A DNA stretch of 62,269 bases, counting the filler, from Gemmatimonadota bacterium (GTDB taxonomy: Bacteria > 4572-55 > J002), in the NCBI GenBank assembly GCA_003697105.1. It is 5 parts of 5 records of this genome, joined end to end, with 100 filler letters (N's around TTAATTAATTAA, not from the genome) between each part and the next. Parts side by side here need not be neighbours in the genome. Positions count along the whole stretch, not along the records: positions 8,361 to 38,555 come from RFFQ01000044.1; 4 more parts are not named here. The stretch is one strand, 5' to 3'. Below the pieces are notes generated by a model. The model was not told where the DNA came from. It did not search any database and worked only from the letters and a program-made list of their open reading frames with translations. Shown here piece after piece: positions 20,005 through 29,958 of this stretch; position 1 is the stretch's first letter, and each line of letters starts with the position of its first letter. The position numbers and the translations under genes are program-made.

Positions 20005-20396
20005 GCGTCCTCCTTTGCAATCTTCTTGATCCAGTCCAAATCTCCTTTTGCCCATACGTACACCAACCCGACCAGCAAAATCGCCACAAACAGCATGATT
20101 TCCGTAAACGCAATGATACCCACATTGTTGGCAATCCAATTCTTAAACACAACGGCGGTGGGATACATGAACACAATTTCCACATCAAAGATCAGGAAAA
20201 TCAACGCGATCAGATAAAATCGCAGGTTGAACTGAATCCAAGCCGGTCCCTCCGGCTCTTCCCCGCACTCATACGGCGCATTTTTGCTGGTGCTGGGGTG
20301 TTGCGGGGCGATTATCCGGCTGAGCGTGATAGCTACCCCCACAAAAACCAAGGCGACCGCGATGAAGATCAAAACATTGGTATAATCGAACAACAT
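20001..20396 (-). CDS. nuoA: NADH-quinone oxidoreductase subunit A
   Basis: PYECGE, FLIFDVE, KGDLDW. Confidence 0.95.
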   Translation of the reverse strand: MLFDYTNVLIFIAVALVFVGVAITLSRIIAPQHPSTSKNAPYECGEEPEGPAWIQFNLRFYLIALIFLIFDVEIVFMYPTAVVFKNWIANNVGIIAFTEIMLFVAILLVGLVYVWAKGDLDWIKKIAKEDA

Positions 20397-20483
20397 ATTG
20401 ACTTATCCTTTTTTGTGTTAAAAAATAATCCGCGCAATTCAAACCGGAACTGCTACGGATACGGGGGGTCAATGTCGGGGGCA

Positions 20484-20512
20484 AATATATAATGGACTTG
20501 TTTGTCTGTCAA
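20484..20512 (-). promoter_or_regulatory. Sigma70-type promoter of nuo operon
   Basis: TTGACA-17-TATATT on minus strand. Confidence 0.65.
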
Positions 20513-20572
20513 GTTTAAATACAACGCTGATGAATCTTCATAAGAGAAGCAGACCTCGCGGTTTATATGAGG

Positions 20573-20606
20573 AAAACCCCTAGAATTCCCAAGAATCCTA
20601 GGGGTT
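20573..20606 (-). terminator. Probable terminator after M1 peptidase
   Basis: AACCCCTAG...CTAGGGGTT stem with a short T run on the minus strand. Confidence 0.5.
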
Positions 20607-20676
20607 GGGGAAGATCGTCTCATAATGAGATTTCAGGCGCGACCGAGTGCCGTTATCAGCGGTAGATAACCTCTCT

Positions 20677-22701
20677 TCATTTGAGAAGTACCATTGTCCG
20701 GGTTTCGCTACGGTCCCCACTGGTGAGACGGTAAAAATAAGTGCCAGAGGAAACCGTGTTGCCCTGTTCATCGTCACCGTGCCAGGTGTAGGCATAGGTT
20801 TTGCCGCCCAGCAGTTCTTCGTCATATACCGTTTTGACCAATTGTCCCGTAATGGAGTAAATCTGGAGGGTTGTATGAGCTGTTTCGGGGATAAAAAAGC
20901 GAATTTGGGTTTTGGGATTAAACGGGTTCGGCACATTCTGGTAGAGGGTTACCTGTTGGGGTACACTGATTTCCCCGTCATCCGGTCCCACATCGAGTAA
21001 TACATCCTGAATGGTGCATAGAACCCATCCATTTGGGTCGAGTTCGGCATCCACCGGTTGGGCATCTACATACACATACGCCGTCTCAAATGCTTCATCC
21101 ACGTCGATCACTGCCGTGTGGACATCCCCGGTGATCAACGTAATTTCGACTTCCAGCGGCATTTCAAAAACGGTCTCTTCCGGCTGAATTTGCCCCACTT
21201 GTAATTCGACACGGTATTGATCGCCAACGGATTCCGCCCCCCATGCAAAGGTGTACTGCGGGTAATCGTAGTTGTAAATCCACTCATCAAAGAACCAGTC
21301 TAAATCCTGTCCGGTCACTTCCTCGCAGGCGGCTTTGAATTCTTCGGTTGTGGCACTTTCGTAAGCGTTTTGCTCGGCATAGAGCGGGAAAATGTCAAAA
21401 AAAGCCTCATCGCCCACTACCCAGCGCAACATGTGGAGCACGGAACCCCCTTTATCATATTGGGCGGCACAAAAGAGATGTCCGGGCGGTGGATCGTAGA
21501 TTGCATGGGCGGGGCTGTGCCCGTAAATGTAAGTCTCATGAAAATCACGAACCCAATCACGCAGGCCTTCCTCGCCTTCCAGATATTCTGCCCAAAGGGC
21601 TTCACTGTAGGAGGCAAACCCTTCGTTTAGCCAGATTTCGCGCCAATCCATGGGACCGACCAGATCGCCCCACCACTGGTGTCCCAACTCGTGGGCATTG
21701 ATCCAATCATAGCGGTGGTCACCTCGTACCAACCACTGCCCGTAGCTGGTCATCGTCTGATTTTCCATCGCGCCGCCCCACGGATAGACCACCATACCGT
21801 ATTTTTCATCGAGGAACGGATATTCCACTTGGAACGCACTGGCAAGCGCATGGATAATATCATCGGTGACACTAAAATCTTCTTCTGCCGCCGCTTGTTG
21901 CTCTGGATAGATGTAATATTTGATCTCCATGGAATCGGTCTCGGAGTAATGATACCAATCGGAAAAGGTGATAAATTCGGAGGCCGTGATTGCCATCAGG
22001 TAGGTTGAAGTGCGGTAATCCGTGCGCCATACATGGGTACTGGTGGCATCGGCTTCATCAATAATTTCGATCAAGCGCCCATTGGTTGCCACCAACCAAT
22101 TATCGGGGATGCGAATGCGGTATTCAACCGTCGCTTTGTCATCTGGCACATCGTGGCATGGCATCCAATAGCGTGAACCTTCCGGTTCGTCTTGCGTCCA
22201 GATGACCGGATCGCCGTAGCGGCTTGTGGTGAACTCCATACCGTAATCTTCCCCCGGACTGCTCGGATTGCCCCGGTAACGGATTGCCACGCTGAATGCT
22301 TCATTTTCGGCGAGCGGCTCATCAAAAAAGATTTCAATTTCGTGGTCTGCATGATTATAATCTAAAGTGACATCATTCATTGTAATTTCATTCACGACCA
22401 TATTATCCCGTAGATGGACAATAATGGATTCCAAACCCTCCACGTTGCTGTGGCAATCCATCGTCACGGTGCCAGAGATAGACCCTTGTGAATAACTTAA
22501 CCGGACATCTATCTGATAATGCTCGACATCGTAATCATACTCATCTTCGGTGCGTAAGTCTCTCGTCCGATCTCCATCGGGAGCAGGCAAAAGGGCTTTG
22601 TGGGCACAACCGAGTAATTCGGTCATCCGGTTAGACTGGGCGTGTACCCAACTGGTGTGACCCAACACGACGAGCACGAAAAACAGGCGTAAATAACTCA
22701 T
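20677..22701 (-). CDS. Secreted M1-family zinc aminopeptidase with FlgD-Ig/T9SS-like C-terminal domain
   Basis: GGAMEN, HELGHQWWG...WLNEGFA, YDKG; signal peptide; QNVPNPFNP...MVLLK. Confidence 0.93.
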   Translation of the reverse strand: MSYLRLFFVLVVLGHTSWVHAQSNRMTELLGCAHKALLPAPDGDRTRDLRTEDEYDYDVEHYQIDVRLSYSQGSISGTVTMDCHSNVEGLESIIVHLRDNMVVNEITMNDVTLDYNHADHEIEIFFDEPLAENEAFSVAIRYRGNPSSPGEDYGMEFTTSRYGDPVIWTQDEPEGSRYWMPCHDVPDDKATVEYRIRIPDNWLVATNGRLIEIIDEADATSTHVWRTDYRTSTYLMAITASEFITFSDWYHYSETDSMEIKYYIYPEQQAAAEEDFSVTDDIIHALASAFQVEYPFLDEKYGMVVYPWGGAMENQTMTSYGQWLVRGDHRYDWINAHELGHQWWGDLVGPMDWREIWLNEGFASYSEALWAEYLEGEEGLRDWVRDFHETYIYGHSPAHAIYDPPPGHLFCAAQYDKGGSVLHMLRWVVGDEAFFDIFPLYAEQNAYESATTEEFKAACEEVTGQDLDWFFDEWIYNYDYPQYTFAWGAESVGDQYRVELQVGQIQPEETVFEMPLEVEITLITGDVHTAVIDVDEAFETAYVYVDAQPVDAELDPNGWVLCTIQDVLLDVGPDDGEISVPQQVTLYQNVPNPFNPKTQIRFFIPETAHTTLQIYSITGQLVKTVYDEELLGGKTYAYTWHGDDEQGNTVSSGTYFYRLTSGDRSETRTMVLLK

Positions 22702-23039
22702 AGGAAACCTCCGTATTTTAGGATAGAGAATCTAGGGGATGGATGACGTGGGGTCAAGCCAGTTTAAAAAATTGCGTTTGGGGTAAAAAGTCAAGAACAA
22801 AACACTGTTGGCAGCTGCAATACACGTTCAATGTGCGCCGCATCTTATGCGTAAATGAATTTTCTCTTCAAGGGATTACCAGTAAGGGATAGTACCCGCC
22901 TATAAAATTAACTTAACCATTTGATAATGAACATATTTAACGGAACTGTCGTGTTTTTGTCAGGGTGACAACTTGTGCGGGATATGTTATTATGATATTT
23001 ATGTCTTTCTGTCGTTATTTAATTCGGTAGGAGCCAATC

Positions 23040-26000
23040 ATGCAACATGTCATATCAGTTTGTTTATTGTTTAGTTTTCTTCTAATCGGGGCGATGGGCG
23101 GTGTTTTGACCTCGGCGTATGCAGACCCGCCGAATTGGAACTACAATCCGGCGGATTTCCAATATACTGCCAATGTCACGGGTACACTTCATATTAATAC
23201 AGAGATGGCTGTGGGAGATTCTCATGTGGTTGCCGCGGTGGTGAATGGTGATATTCGCGGTATTGCCGCCGGGCAGGCATTTGGTGATGTCTGGCTGTAT
23301 TTTCTGACGATCTCCTCCAACCAAACGGAGGGTGAGGAAATCCACTTTCAGGCATACGTCGCGGATTACGATCAGGTTGTCGATATTGATGAGACCCTTA
23401 CGTTTGTCCCAAATGCCATCTACGGTAATCCCTTGCAACCCTTTGTGTGGAATGGTTACGCCGACTTTGACTTTCCTCCAGAGGTTACCGGTATTCCGGA
23501 TCAGACCATCGAGCAGGGAAGTACGTTTGTCTCATTCGATTTGGATGATTATTTGATTACCCGCGATAGCGATCCCGTTCAGTGGTCGTACAGCGGTAAT
23601 CAAGAGTTACAAGTCGTGATCGACAACGATAATCGGGTGAGCATTACCCCCCCGAACGCAGATTGGCTTGGCAGCGAAACGATCTATTTTACCGCCACGG
23701 ATGTGAGTGCCAATCAAAAATCAGATTCAGATTCTGCCACATTCACTATCCGCCTGCCGGATTTACCCCCGCAAATCCTCCCGATTCCCGATCAAACCAT
23801 TGGCCAACAGGATATTTTCGATCCGGTTGATTTGGATGACTACTTGATCGAGGAAAACGGCGATTCCGTCCAATGGACCGTGACCATGGAAATCCCAACC
23901 GCCGGTCAAGCCCCACCCACCTGGTCAGTAAATCCGGTAGATTATCAATTTTCCATGAACATTACGGCTCGGGTTTCTGCCTTTGCGCGTTATCCTACCG
24001 GCGACACTCACCTATTAGGAGCGTTTATCAATGGAGAGGTTCGAGGGGCAGCAACCGCCGTTGAAATGGGTGAAGATTGGCTGTATTTTCTCACCGTGTA
24101 CACCAATACCATCAACGATACCGTACACTTTAGCTTTTATGATGCCGATGCTCAAGATTCGCTTCCGGCGTTTCAATCGATTCCGTTTGTGCCCAGTGCA
24201 GTCTATGGTTCTCCACTTGATCCGTTTCAAATTGATGCCGGTTATCTGCGGATTGACATCGATGATGAGAATCTCCTCACCTTTGATTTGCTGGACCCCG
24301 AATGGACGGGTATTCATACGCTCAATTTCCGGGTGCAGGATGTGGGCACTGCCAATGAGTTTTACGCCACGGATCAGGCTGTTTATACGGTGTATCCGGA
24401 TCATACGCCTCGCATTATGCCAATCCCGAACCAGACCATTGAAACTACCGAACAATTCACCCTCTTTGATCTCGATGATTATTTAATTGAAGATGATGGG
24501 GATGAGGTTGTCTGGACGGTGAGCGGGCAGAATGAGCTTTCAGTTGAAATTGGGCCCATTACCCACCGGGTGACCGTTACCCCACCCACAACCACCTGGA
24601 CTGGAAGCGAAACGGTGACGTTCCGGGTCACCGATCAAACCCCGAATCAATTTTTTGATACACGAGAGGTTACGTTTACCGTTGTTGACCGGGATGACCC
24701 ACCCGATGTAATTCCGATTCCGGATCGTGCCACCGGTATTGCCGGTAGTTTCGACCCGATTGATCTGAATTTCTATCTGGTGGAAGTGGACGGTGACTCC
24801 ATTGAGTGGTCGTATGAATTTGTGATAACCCCGCAAGGGGAAACCGCACCCACGTGGTCGGTCAACCCCAACAATTACCAATTTTCCATGAATATGACCG
24901 CGTTGGTTTATGCGCGTGGACGCCAAACGATGGGTGATAGCCACATGCTGGGTGCGTTTGTCGGTGATGAAGTCCGGGGGGTGTCACAAGCAATACAAAT
25001 GGGGGATATCTGGCTCTATTTTATGACCATTTACGCCAATGAGTCCGGGGAAACCGTTGAATTCCAATTTTTTGATGCTCTTGCGGAAGAAACGTTTCCG
25101 GTCTTCCAAACGCTGGAATTTGTCCCGAGTGCCGTCCACGGTAACCCGCTTGATCCCTTTATATTGGATGCCGGTTATCTGCGAGTCTCCATCACCCCAG
25201 ATGATTTTGCCGTGATTGATATTCAAAATCCGGATTGGACCGGTAACCAAACGGTGAAATTTAAAGCGACTGATGTCGGCTCCGTGCGGGGATACTCAGA
25301 CTCTACGTTCACCACCTTTACGGTATATGCCGACCATGCACCGGTACTGGCAGGCATCCCCGATCAAACGGTGGAGCAGGGTCAGGATTTTGCCCTATTC
25401 GACCTCGATGATTATCTGACCGAACTCGATGGGGATGAACTGGTCAATGTGATCAACGGTAATGTCAATTTGTTGGTGGATATCAGCGCCCAAAATTTGG
25501 TTTATGTCCACCCAATTGACCCCAATTGGTACGGCACGGAACACATCCGGTTTACCGTGATGGATGTGACCCCGTTGGCATTCACCGGTACGGATACCGT
25601 CTCCTTTACGATTTTACCCTACGATAATCCTCCCCAACTCAACGGCATTCCAAAGCAAGCCATTGAACCCGGTGGACAGTTCACCCCCATTGATATGCGG
25701 CACTATTTGACCGAATTGGACGGTGATTCCATCGCCTGGAGCGTTCAATTTGAGATCGCACCCCAAGGTGACCCTGCCCCGGGATGGACGGTATTCCCCA
25801 CTGACTTCCAGTACACTATGAATATCACCGCCGCGGTCTCTTCTCAAGGGGATTACACTACCGGTGGTGACCACATCCTTGCCGCCTTTGTTGGCGAATC
25901 CATCCGTGGAGTGACCCAGCCCATCGAAATGAATGGCAAATGGTATTATTTCCTGACCGTCTATGCCAATACCAGCGGCGAAACCGTGCGATTCGAGTTT

Positions 26001-29000
26001 TATGACGCCGACGTCGAAGCCGTCTTACCCGTCGCGGAAACGGTTACGTTTGAACCGAATCGCATCCTCGGTAACCCCACTTATCCCCAAACATTGCGGG
26101 CAGGTTATCTGAGTATTTATATCGATGACCAGCAGATGGGACAGGTGGAAATCCTAGACCCCACCTGGTTTGGCACACAAGGGGTTATCTTCCGGGCGCA
26201 GGATGTGGGATCATTGCATGAATATGCGGATACAACCTATACCTCCTTCAAAATCGATCTAAAACCGGTGATCAACAATATCCCCGATCAACGGATTTCG
26301 TTCAATTTGGGTGAACGCTTCACAGAGATTGATCTGAATCGCTATACAAACAGTCCGGACGGAGACCCTGTCACGTGGACGGCAACAAGCGGGCAACATC
26401 TAACCGCGACCATTAACGGGCAGATGGCGACCATCAGCATCCTTGATACGACGTGGACTGGCACAGAAAGCCTTATTTTTACGGCGACGGAAATCACGAT
26501 GCTTCAACTCAGTGACACCGATACCGTCGATTTTACGATTTATGTGGGGCACCCGCCGCAATTTACCACCCACCCGGATTCGACGGTGCTTGTCGGCAAT
26601 CCATACACCTACAACATCGCCGCCACAGATGCCGACCTAAATGATCCGGTCACGTTGATGGCACCCACCAAACCTGATTGGCTCACCTTCACCCCGGGCA
26701 CGGATCAAACCGCCACCCTGACCGGCACCCCGACCCTAAGCGACATCGGGGCGCACGAGGTCGTTCTAACCGCCACGGATGACCCCGGCAATGTCACGGA
26801 ACAGCGGTTTACCATTGTGGTAGCAGATGTGAATCGCTTACCCTATTTTACCTCAACCCCAGATACGACTACCCCGGAAGGGAATGCGTATCGCTATGAA
26901 ATCAGTGTCGCCGATACGAATCCCGGTGACGTGCTGACGGTTACCGCTCCGGCAAAGCCCGACTGGCTCACCTTGACCCCCGCCGGAACAAACACCGCTA
27001 TTCTAACCGGAATTCCGGGGAATGACCATGTGGGACCCAATGAAATCACCCTACAAGTGACTGATATTTTTGGGGCAATGCGCCAACAGAGTTTTCGGTT
27101 GTGGGTGATTAATGTCAACAATCCGCCTACCGCCAGAGATGACACGGTAAGTACGCCGGAAGAAACACCGGTCACCGTTAATTTAGCCCCGTTGGTGACA
27201 GATGTCGATGTCGGGGATTCTTTGACGTGGAATCTGTTTGATGGCGATCTCAGGGTGATCAACTATCAGATAAATAATGTTGCCCAAACAGTCACCTTTA
27301 CGCCCGTTGCCGATTCCAACGGCACTTATACCATGCGATTGCGGGTGACCGATAGTGGGCATGAAACCGCGTTTTCCACGATAACCATCTACGTAACACC
27401 CGTCAATGATGCACCCCAAGCGGCGACTCCGGCCAACATCCGTACCAACGAGGATGTGCCGGTAGTGCTCGATCTGGCACCGTATGCCACGGATATCGAT
27501 AGCGACTCCCTAACATGGCAATTTTTAAGCGGGGATGGGCAAGTGAGCATCCGCATGACCGGAAATGAGGCTACCTTTACCCCCTCTCAAGATGTCACCG
27601 GTACGTTCAATTTTCAGTTTCAAGTTGCCGATGATAGCAGTGCTACCGATACGTTGCACGTTATCCTCACCATCGATCCAGTAAATGACCCGCCGGTGTG
27701 GGTGCATCCCCTACCAGATACCACCTTTGACGAGGACACCTCGATTACGTTCGACCTAAAACCGTATGTCCAAGATGTAGAAACCAGTGTAGATGATTTA
27801 ACATGGTCAACCGGTATGGCATTATTGCGGGCGGGTAATACCCCCACTGAAATTGTGCTCCAAAAGGCGACTCATGCCACTCGCTCCGGGTTACGTCCCC
27901 GATTGCGAGGTGTGACAGACCTCTCCAAAAGCATCGCCCCAATCGTGACAAAAGCACCGGCTTCTCCGGATCGAAATGAAGACATACCCGGCGACCTGCG
28001 CGAGAGTCAATTAACAATCCAGATCGATGATAATGGGATTGCTACCGTCACCCCCAATCCCGATTGGACTGGTAGCGAGGGAGTTGTTATCACCGTGATG
28101 GATGAAGATCAAGCTTCTGCCAGCGATACCATGACGGTTACGGTGCGAAATGTCAATGATGTACCCCAATTCGCCGGTCTGCCAGACACGATCTTGCTGA
28201 CCTTAGCCCATCCGATTGATTTGACATTGGGCGTCAATGACCCCGACGTGGGGGATAGTCACACGTTTACCCGCCGGGTGCTAAGCGGGTTTGATAGCAC
28301 GCTGGCAGAGATTCGAGACGGTAATATTCTGCATTTCAACCCAACTGTGGAGGGCACCGGCACTGTAGAAATTCAGGTGTCCGATACCGCCGGTAGCACG
28401 GATACGGATACCCTTTATGTCTCGGTTGAACCTGCACCACTCACGATTCAACGTCGCTATGAAATTATCCGCGAACGGGATCAATTAGTACACATCTGTT
28501 TTGAGGTCTGCACGGATGACCCTCAATTCACGGTGTATGATTTTACAGTGAGCGATCCCCAAGCGGATGCCTATTTTTATGTCCGGGCCGATTCCATCGT
28601 CTCTATCACCGATCTGGTGGAGGTGCAGGTTGCCAACGAGTTTCAGGGTTGTACCGACCTCTGTTTTACGGTTGATCTAGCCGATTCCCGTCTCCCAGAG
28701 GAGGGTGGAATAACCCTTTTAACGGACCTCCAGTTCCACGGCGCCAATACAGGTGCTTTTTCTAGCCAATTTCGAGTGATCATCTTACCGGTGCTACCCG
28801 CGTCCATCATGGCATTGTTAGGCGATGTGGAGGATTTAACCCTCCAAGACCTGTGGCCCCTTGCCGATTTTGATGGTGATGGTCAAGTTGATGGCTATGA
28901 TTTGCTGACCCTGATCTACGCTTACGGCTCCCAAAATGGCGATCCACACTGGAACGAGCGGTGCGATATCGGCATCAATGGTTTTCTTGACCTGATCGGG

Positions 29001-29825
29001 ACCGATCAGCTGGTCAGCTTTGCCGATTTAGTTCGGGTTGCCTCGTACTACGGGCAAACGGCACTCGGCTCTACCATTGAAGACCCGCGCGATATTCCCG
29101 ATGGCTTGCGGGAGGAGATCGACCCCCGCCTGACATTGGATGCCATCGCGGATACCACACAGGTGACCGTTGATATTCGGGTGGAGGGGATGGATGACCT
29201 CTACGCTTATGAGTTGCTCTTGGATTATCCCGCCGACCGGTTGAAATTTGTCGGGGCGAATGAGGGAGATTTCTTTAAGGCGCACCGGATGCCTTCCCTT
29301 TTTGCGCCGGTTCAAAATGTGGCAGAGCGGGGGCAACTTCGGTTGTCCGGCTCCAAATTGGGTGCGGTACGGGGTGTCTCCGGCTCTGGAGTGATTGCCA
29401 CCTTGTTATTTGAGGTCACTAAACCGGGGACGTGGGCACTTGACCCCATTGAAGCGGTTTTGCTCAACTCCGATTTGCAACCGGTGATCGGTATTCCTCT
29501 GCAAGGCACTTCCGGCAAGACGCCGCTTCCGGTGCACCTCCCCGAAAACTATGCGCTTTATCATGCCTACCCGAATCCGTTTAACCCCCAAACAACATTG
29601 CCATTTGCCTTGCCCGTGGCGTCCGCCGTCCAACTGCGCATTTACGACATCAGCGGGCGGCTTATCACTACGTTGGTAGATCAAAAACTGGAGGCGGGCT
29701 ACCATCAGGTGGTGTGGGATGGCACAAATGCCACCGGAAAACCGGTAGCGAGCGGTGTCTATTTTTACACACTCCAAGCGAGTCCGGCATTTAAAGAAAC
29801 AAAGCAAATGTTGTTACTGAAGTAG
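23040..29825 (+). CDS. 2261-aa secreted modular protein: repeated beta domains, cadherin/Ig-like repeats, dockerin, cohesin, FlgD-Ig CTD
   Basis: Signal peptide; IPDQT..DLDDYL Ig repeats; TSTP...KPDWLT..LTGTP He_PIG-like units; VTPVNDAP units; ADFDGDGQVDGYDL dockerin; cohesin-like LDYPADRLKF..GSGVIATLLF; AYPNPFNP...MLLLK. Confidence 0.88.
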   Translation: MQHVISVCLLFSFLLIGAMGGVLTSAYADPPNWNYNPADFQYTANVTGTLHINTEMAVGDSHVVAAVVNGDIRGIAAGQAFGDVWLYFLTISSNQTEGEEIHFQAYVADYDQVVDIDETLTFVPNAIYGNPLQPFVWNGYADFDFPPEVTGIPDQTIEQGSTFVSFDLDDYLITRDSDPVQWSYSGNQELQVVIDNDNRVSITPPNADWLGSETIYFTATDVSANQKSDSDSATFTIRLPDLPPQILPIPDQTIGQQDIFDPVDLDDYLIEENGDSVQWTVTMEIPTAGQAPPTWSVNPVDYQFSMNITARVSAFARYPTGDTHLLGAFINGEVRGAATAVEMGEDWLYFLTVYTNTINDTVHFSFYDADAQDSLPAFQSIPFVPSAVYGSPLDPFQIDAGYLRIDIDDENLLTFDLLDPEWTGIHTLNFRVQDVGTANEFYATDQAVYTVYPDHTPRIMPIPNQTIETTEQFTLFDLDDYLIEDDGDEVVWTVSGQNELSVEIGPITHRVTVTPPTTTWTGSETVTFRVTDQTPNQFFDTREVTFTVVDRDDPPDVIPIPDRATGIAGSFDPIDLNFYLVEVDGDSIEWSYEFVITPQGETAPTWSVNPNNYQFSMNMTALVYARGRQTMGDSHMLGAFVGDEVRGVSQAIQMGDIWLYFMTIYANESGETVEFQFFDALAEETFPVFQTLEFVPSAVHGNPLDPFILDAGYLRVSITPDDFAVIDIQNPDWTGNQTVKFKATDVGSVRGYSDSTFTTFTVYADHAPVLAGIPDQTVEQGQDFALFDLDDYLTELDGDELVNVINGNVNLLVDISAQNLVYVHPIDPNWYGTEHIRFTVMDVTPLAFTGTDTVSFTILPYDNPPQLNGIPKQAIEPGGQFTPIDMRHYLTELDGDSIAWSVQFEIAPQGDPAPGWTVFPTDFQYTMNITAAVSSQGDYTTGGDHILAAFVGESIRGVTQPIEMNGKWYYFLTVYANTSGETVRFEFYDADVEAVLPVAETVTFEPNRILGNPTYPQTLRAGYLSIYIDDQQMGQVEILDPTWFGTQGVIFRAQDVGSLHEYADTTYTSFKIDLKPVINNIPDQRISFNLGERFTEIDLNRYTNSPDGDPVTWTATSGQHLTATINGQMATISILDTTWTGTESLIFTATEITMLQLSDTDTVDFTIYVGHPPQFTTHPDSTVLVGNPYTYNIAATDADLNDPVTLMAPTKPDWLTFTPGTDQTATLTGTPTLSDIGAHEVVLTATDDPGNVTEQRFTIVVADVNRLPYFTSTPDTTTPEGNAYRYEISVADTNPGDVLTVTAPAKPDWLTLTPAGTNTAILTGIPGNDHVGPNEITLQVTDIFGAMRQQSFRLWVINVNNPPTARDDTVSTPEETPVTVNLAPLVTDVDVGDSLTWNLFDGDLRVINYQINNVAQTVTFTPVADSNGTYTMRLRVTDSGHETAFSTITIYVTPVNDAPQAATPANIRTNEDVPVVLDLAPYATDIDSDSLTWQFLSGDGQVSIRMTGNEATFTPSQDVTGTFNFQFQVADDSSATDTLHVILTIDPVNDPPVWVHPLPDTTFDEDTSITFDLKPYVQDVETSVDDLTWSTGMALLRAGNTPTEIVLQKATHATRSGLRPRLRGVTDLSKSIAPIVTKAPASPDRNEDIPGDLRESQLTIQIDDNGIATVTPNPDWTGSEGVVITVMDEDQASASDTMTVTVRNVNDVPQFAGLPDTILLTLAHPIDLTLGVNDPDVGDSHTFTRRVLSGFDSTLAEIRDGNILHFNPTVEGTGTVEIQVSDTAGSTDTDTLYVSVEPAPLTIQRRYEIIRERDQLVHICFEVCTDDPQFTVYDFTVSDPQADAYFYVRADSIVSITDLVEVQVANEFQGCTDLCFTVDLADSRLPEEGGITLLTDLQFHGANTGAFSSQFRVIILPVLPASIMALLGDVEDLTLQDLWPLADFDGDGQVDGYDLLTLIYAYGSQNGDPHWNERCDIGINGFLDLIGTDQLVSFADLVRVASYYGQTALGSTIEDPRDIPDGLREEIDPRLTLDAIADTTQVTVDIRVEGMDDLYAYELLLDYPADRLKFVGANEGDFFKAHRMPSLFAPVQNVAERGQLRLSGSKLGAVRGVSGSGVIATLLFEVTKPGTWALDPIEAVLLNSDLQPVIGIPLQGTSGKTPLPVHLPENYALYHAYPNPFNPQTTLPFALPVASAVQLRIYDISGRLITTLVDQKLEAGYHQVVWDGTNATGKPVASGVYFYTLQASPAFKETKQMLLLK

Positions 29826-29894
29826 CTAGAAACCGGCTGAATGCTCCAGAGTTCGGCACCTCAAAGCAAAGGTTGGCAGATAGCCAAGAAGCGA

Positions 29895-29929
29895 GAACCC
29901 CCCATGACATGCAGCATCATGGGGGGTTC
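29895..29929. terminator. Hairpin between convergent genes
   Basis: 13-bp stem GAACCCCCCATGA...TCATGGGGGGTTC; weak U-tract. Confidence 0.55.
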
Positions 29930-29958
29930 ATACGTACAAGAGTAGCCACACGTGCCCA

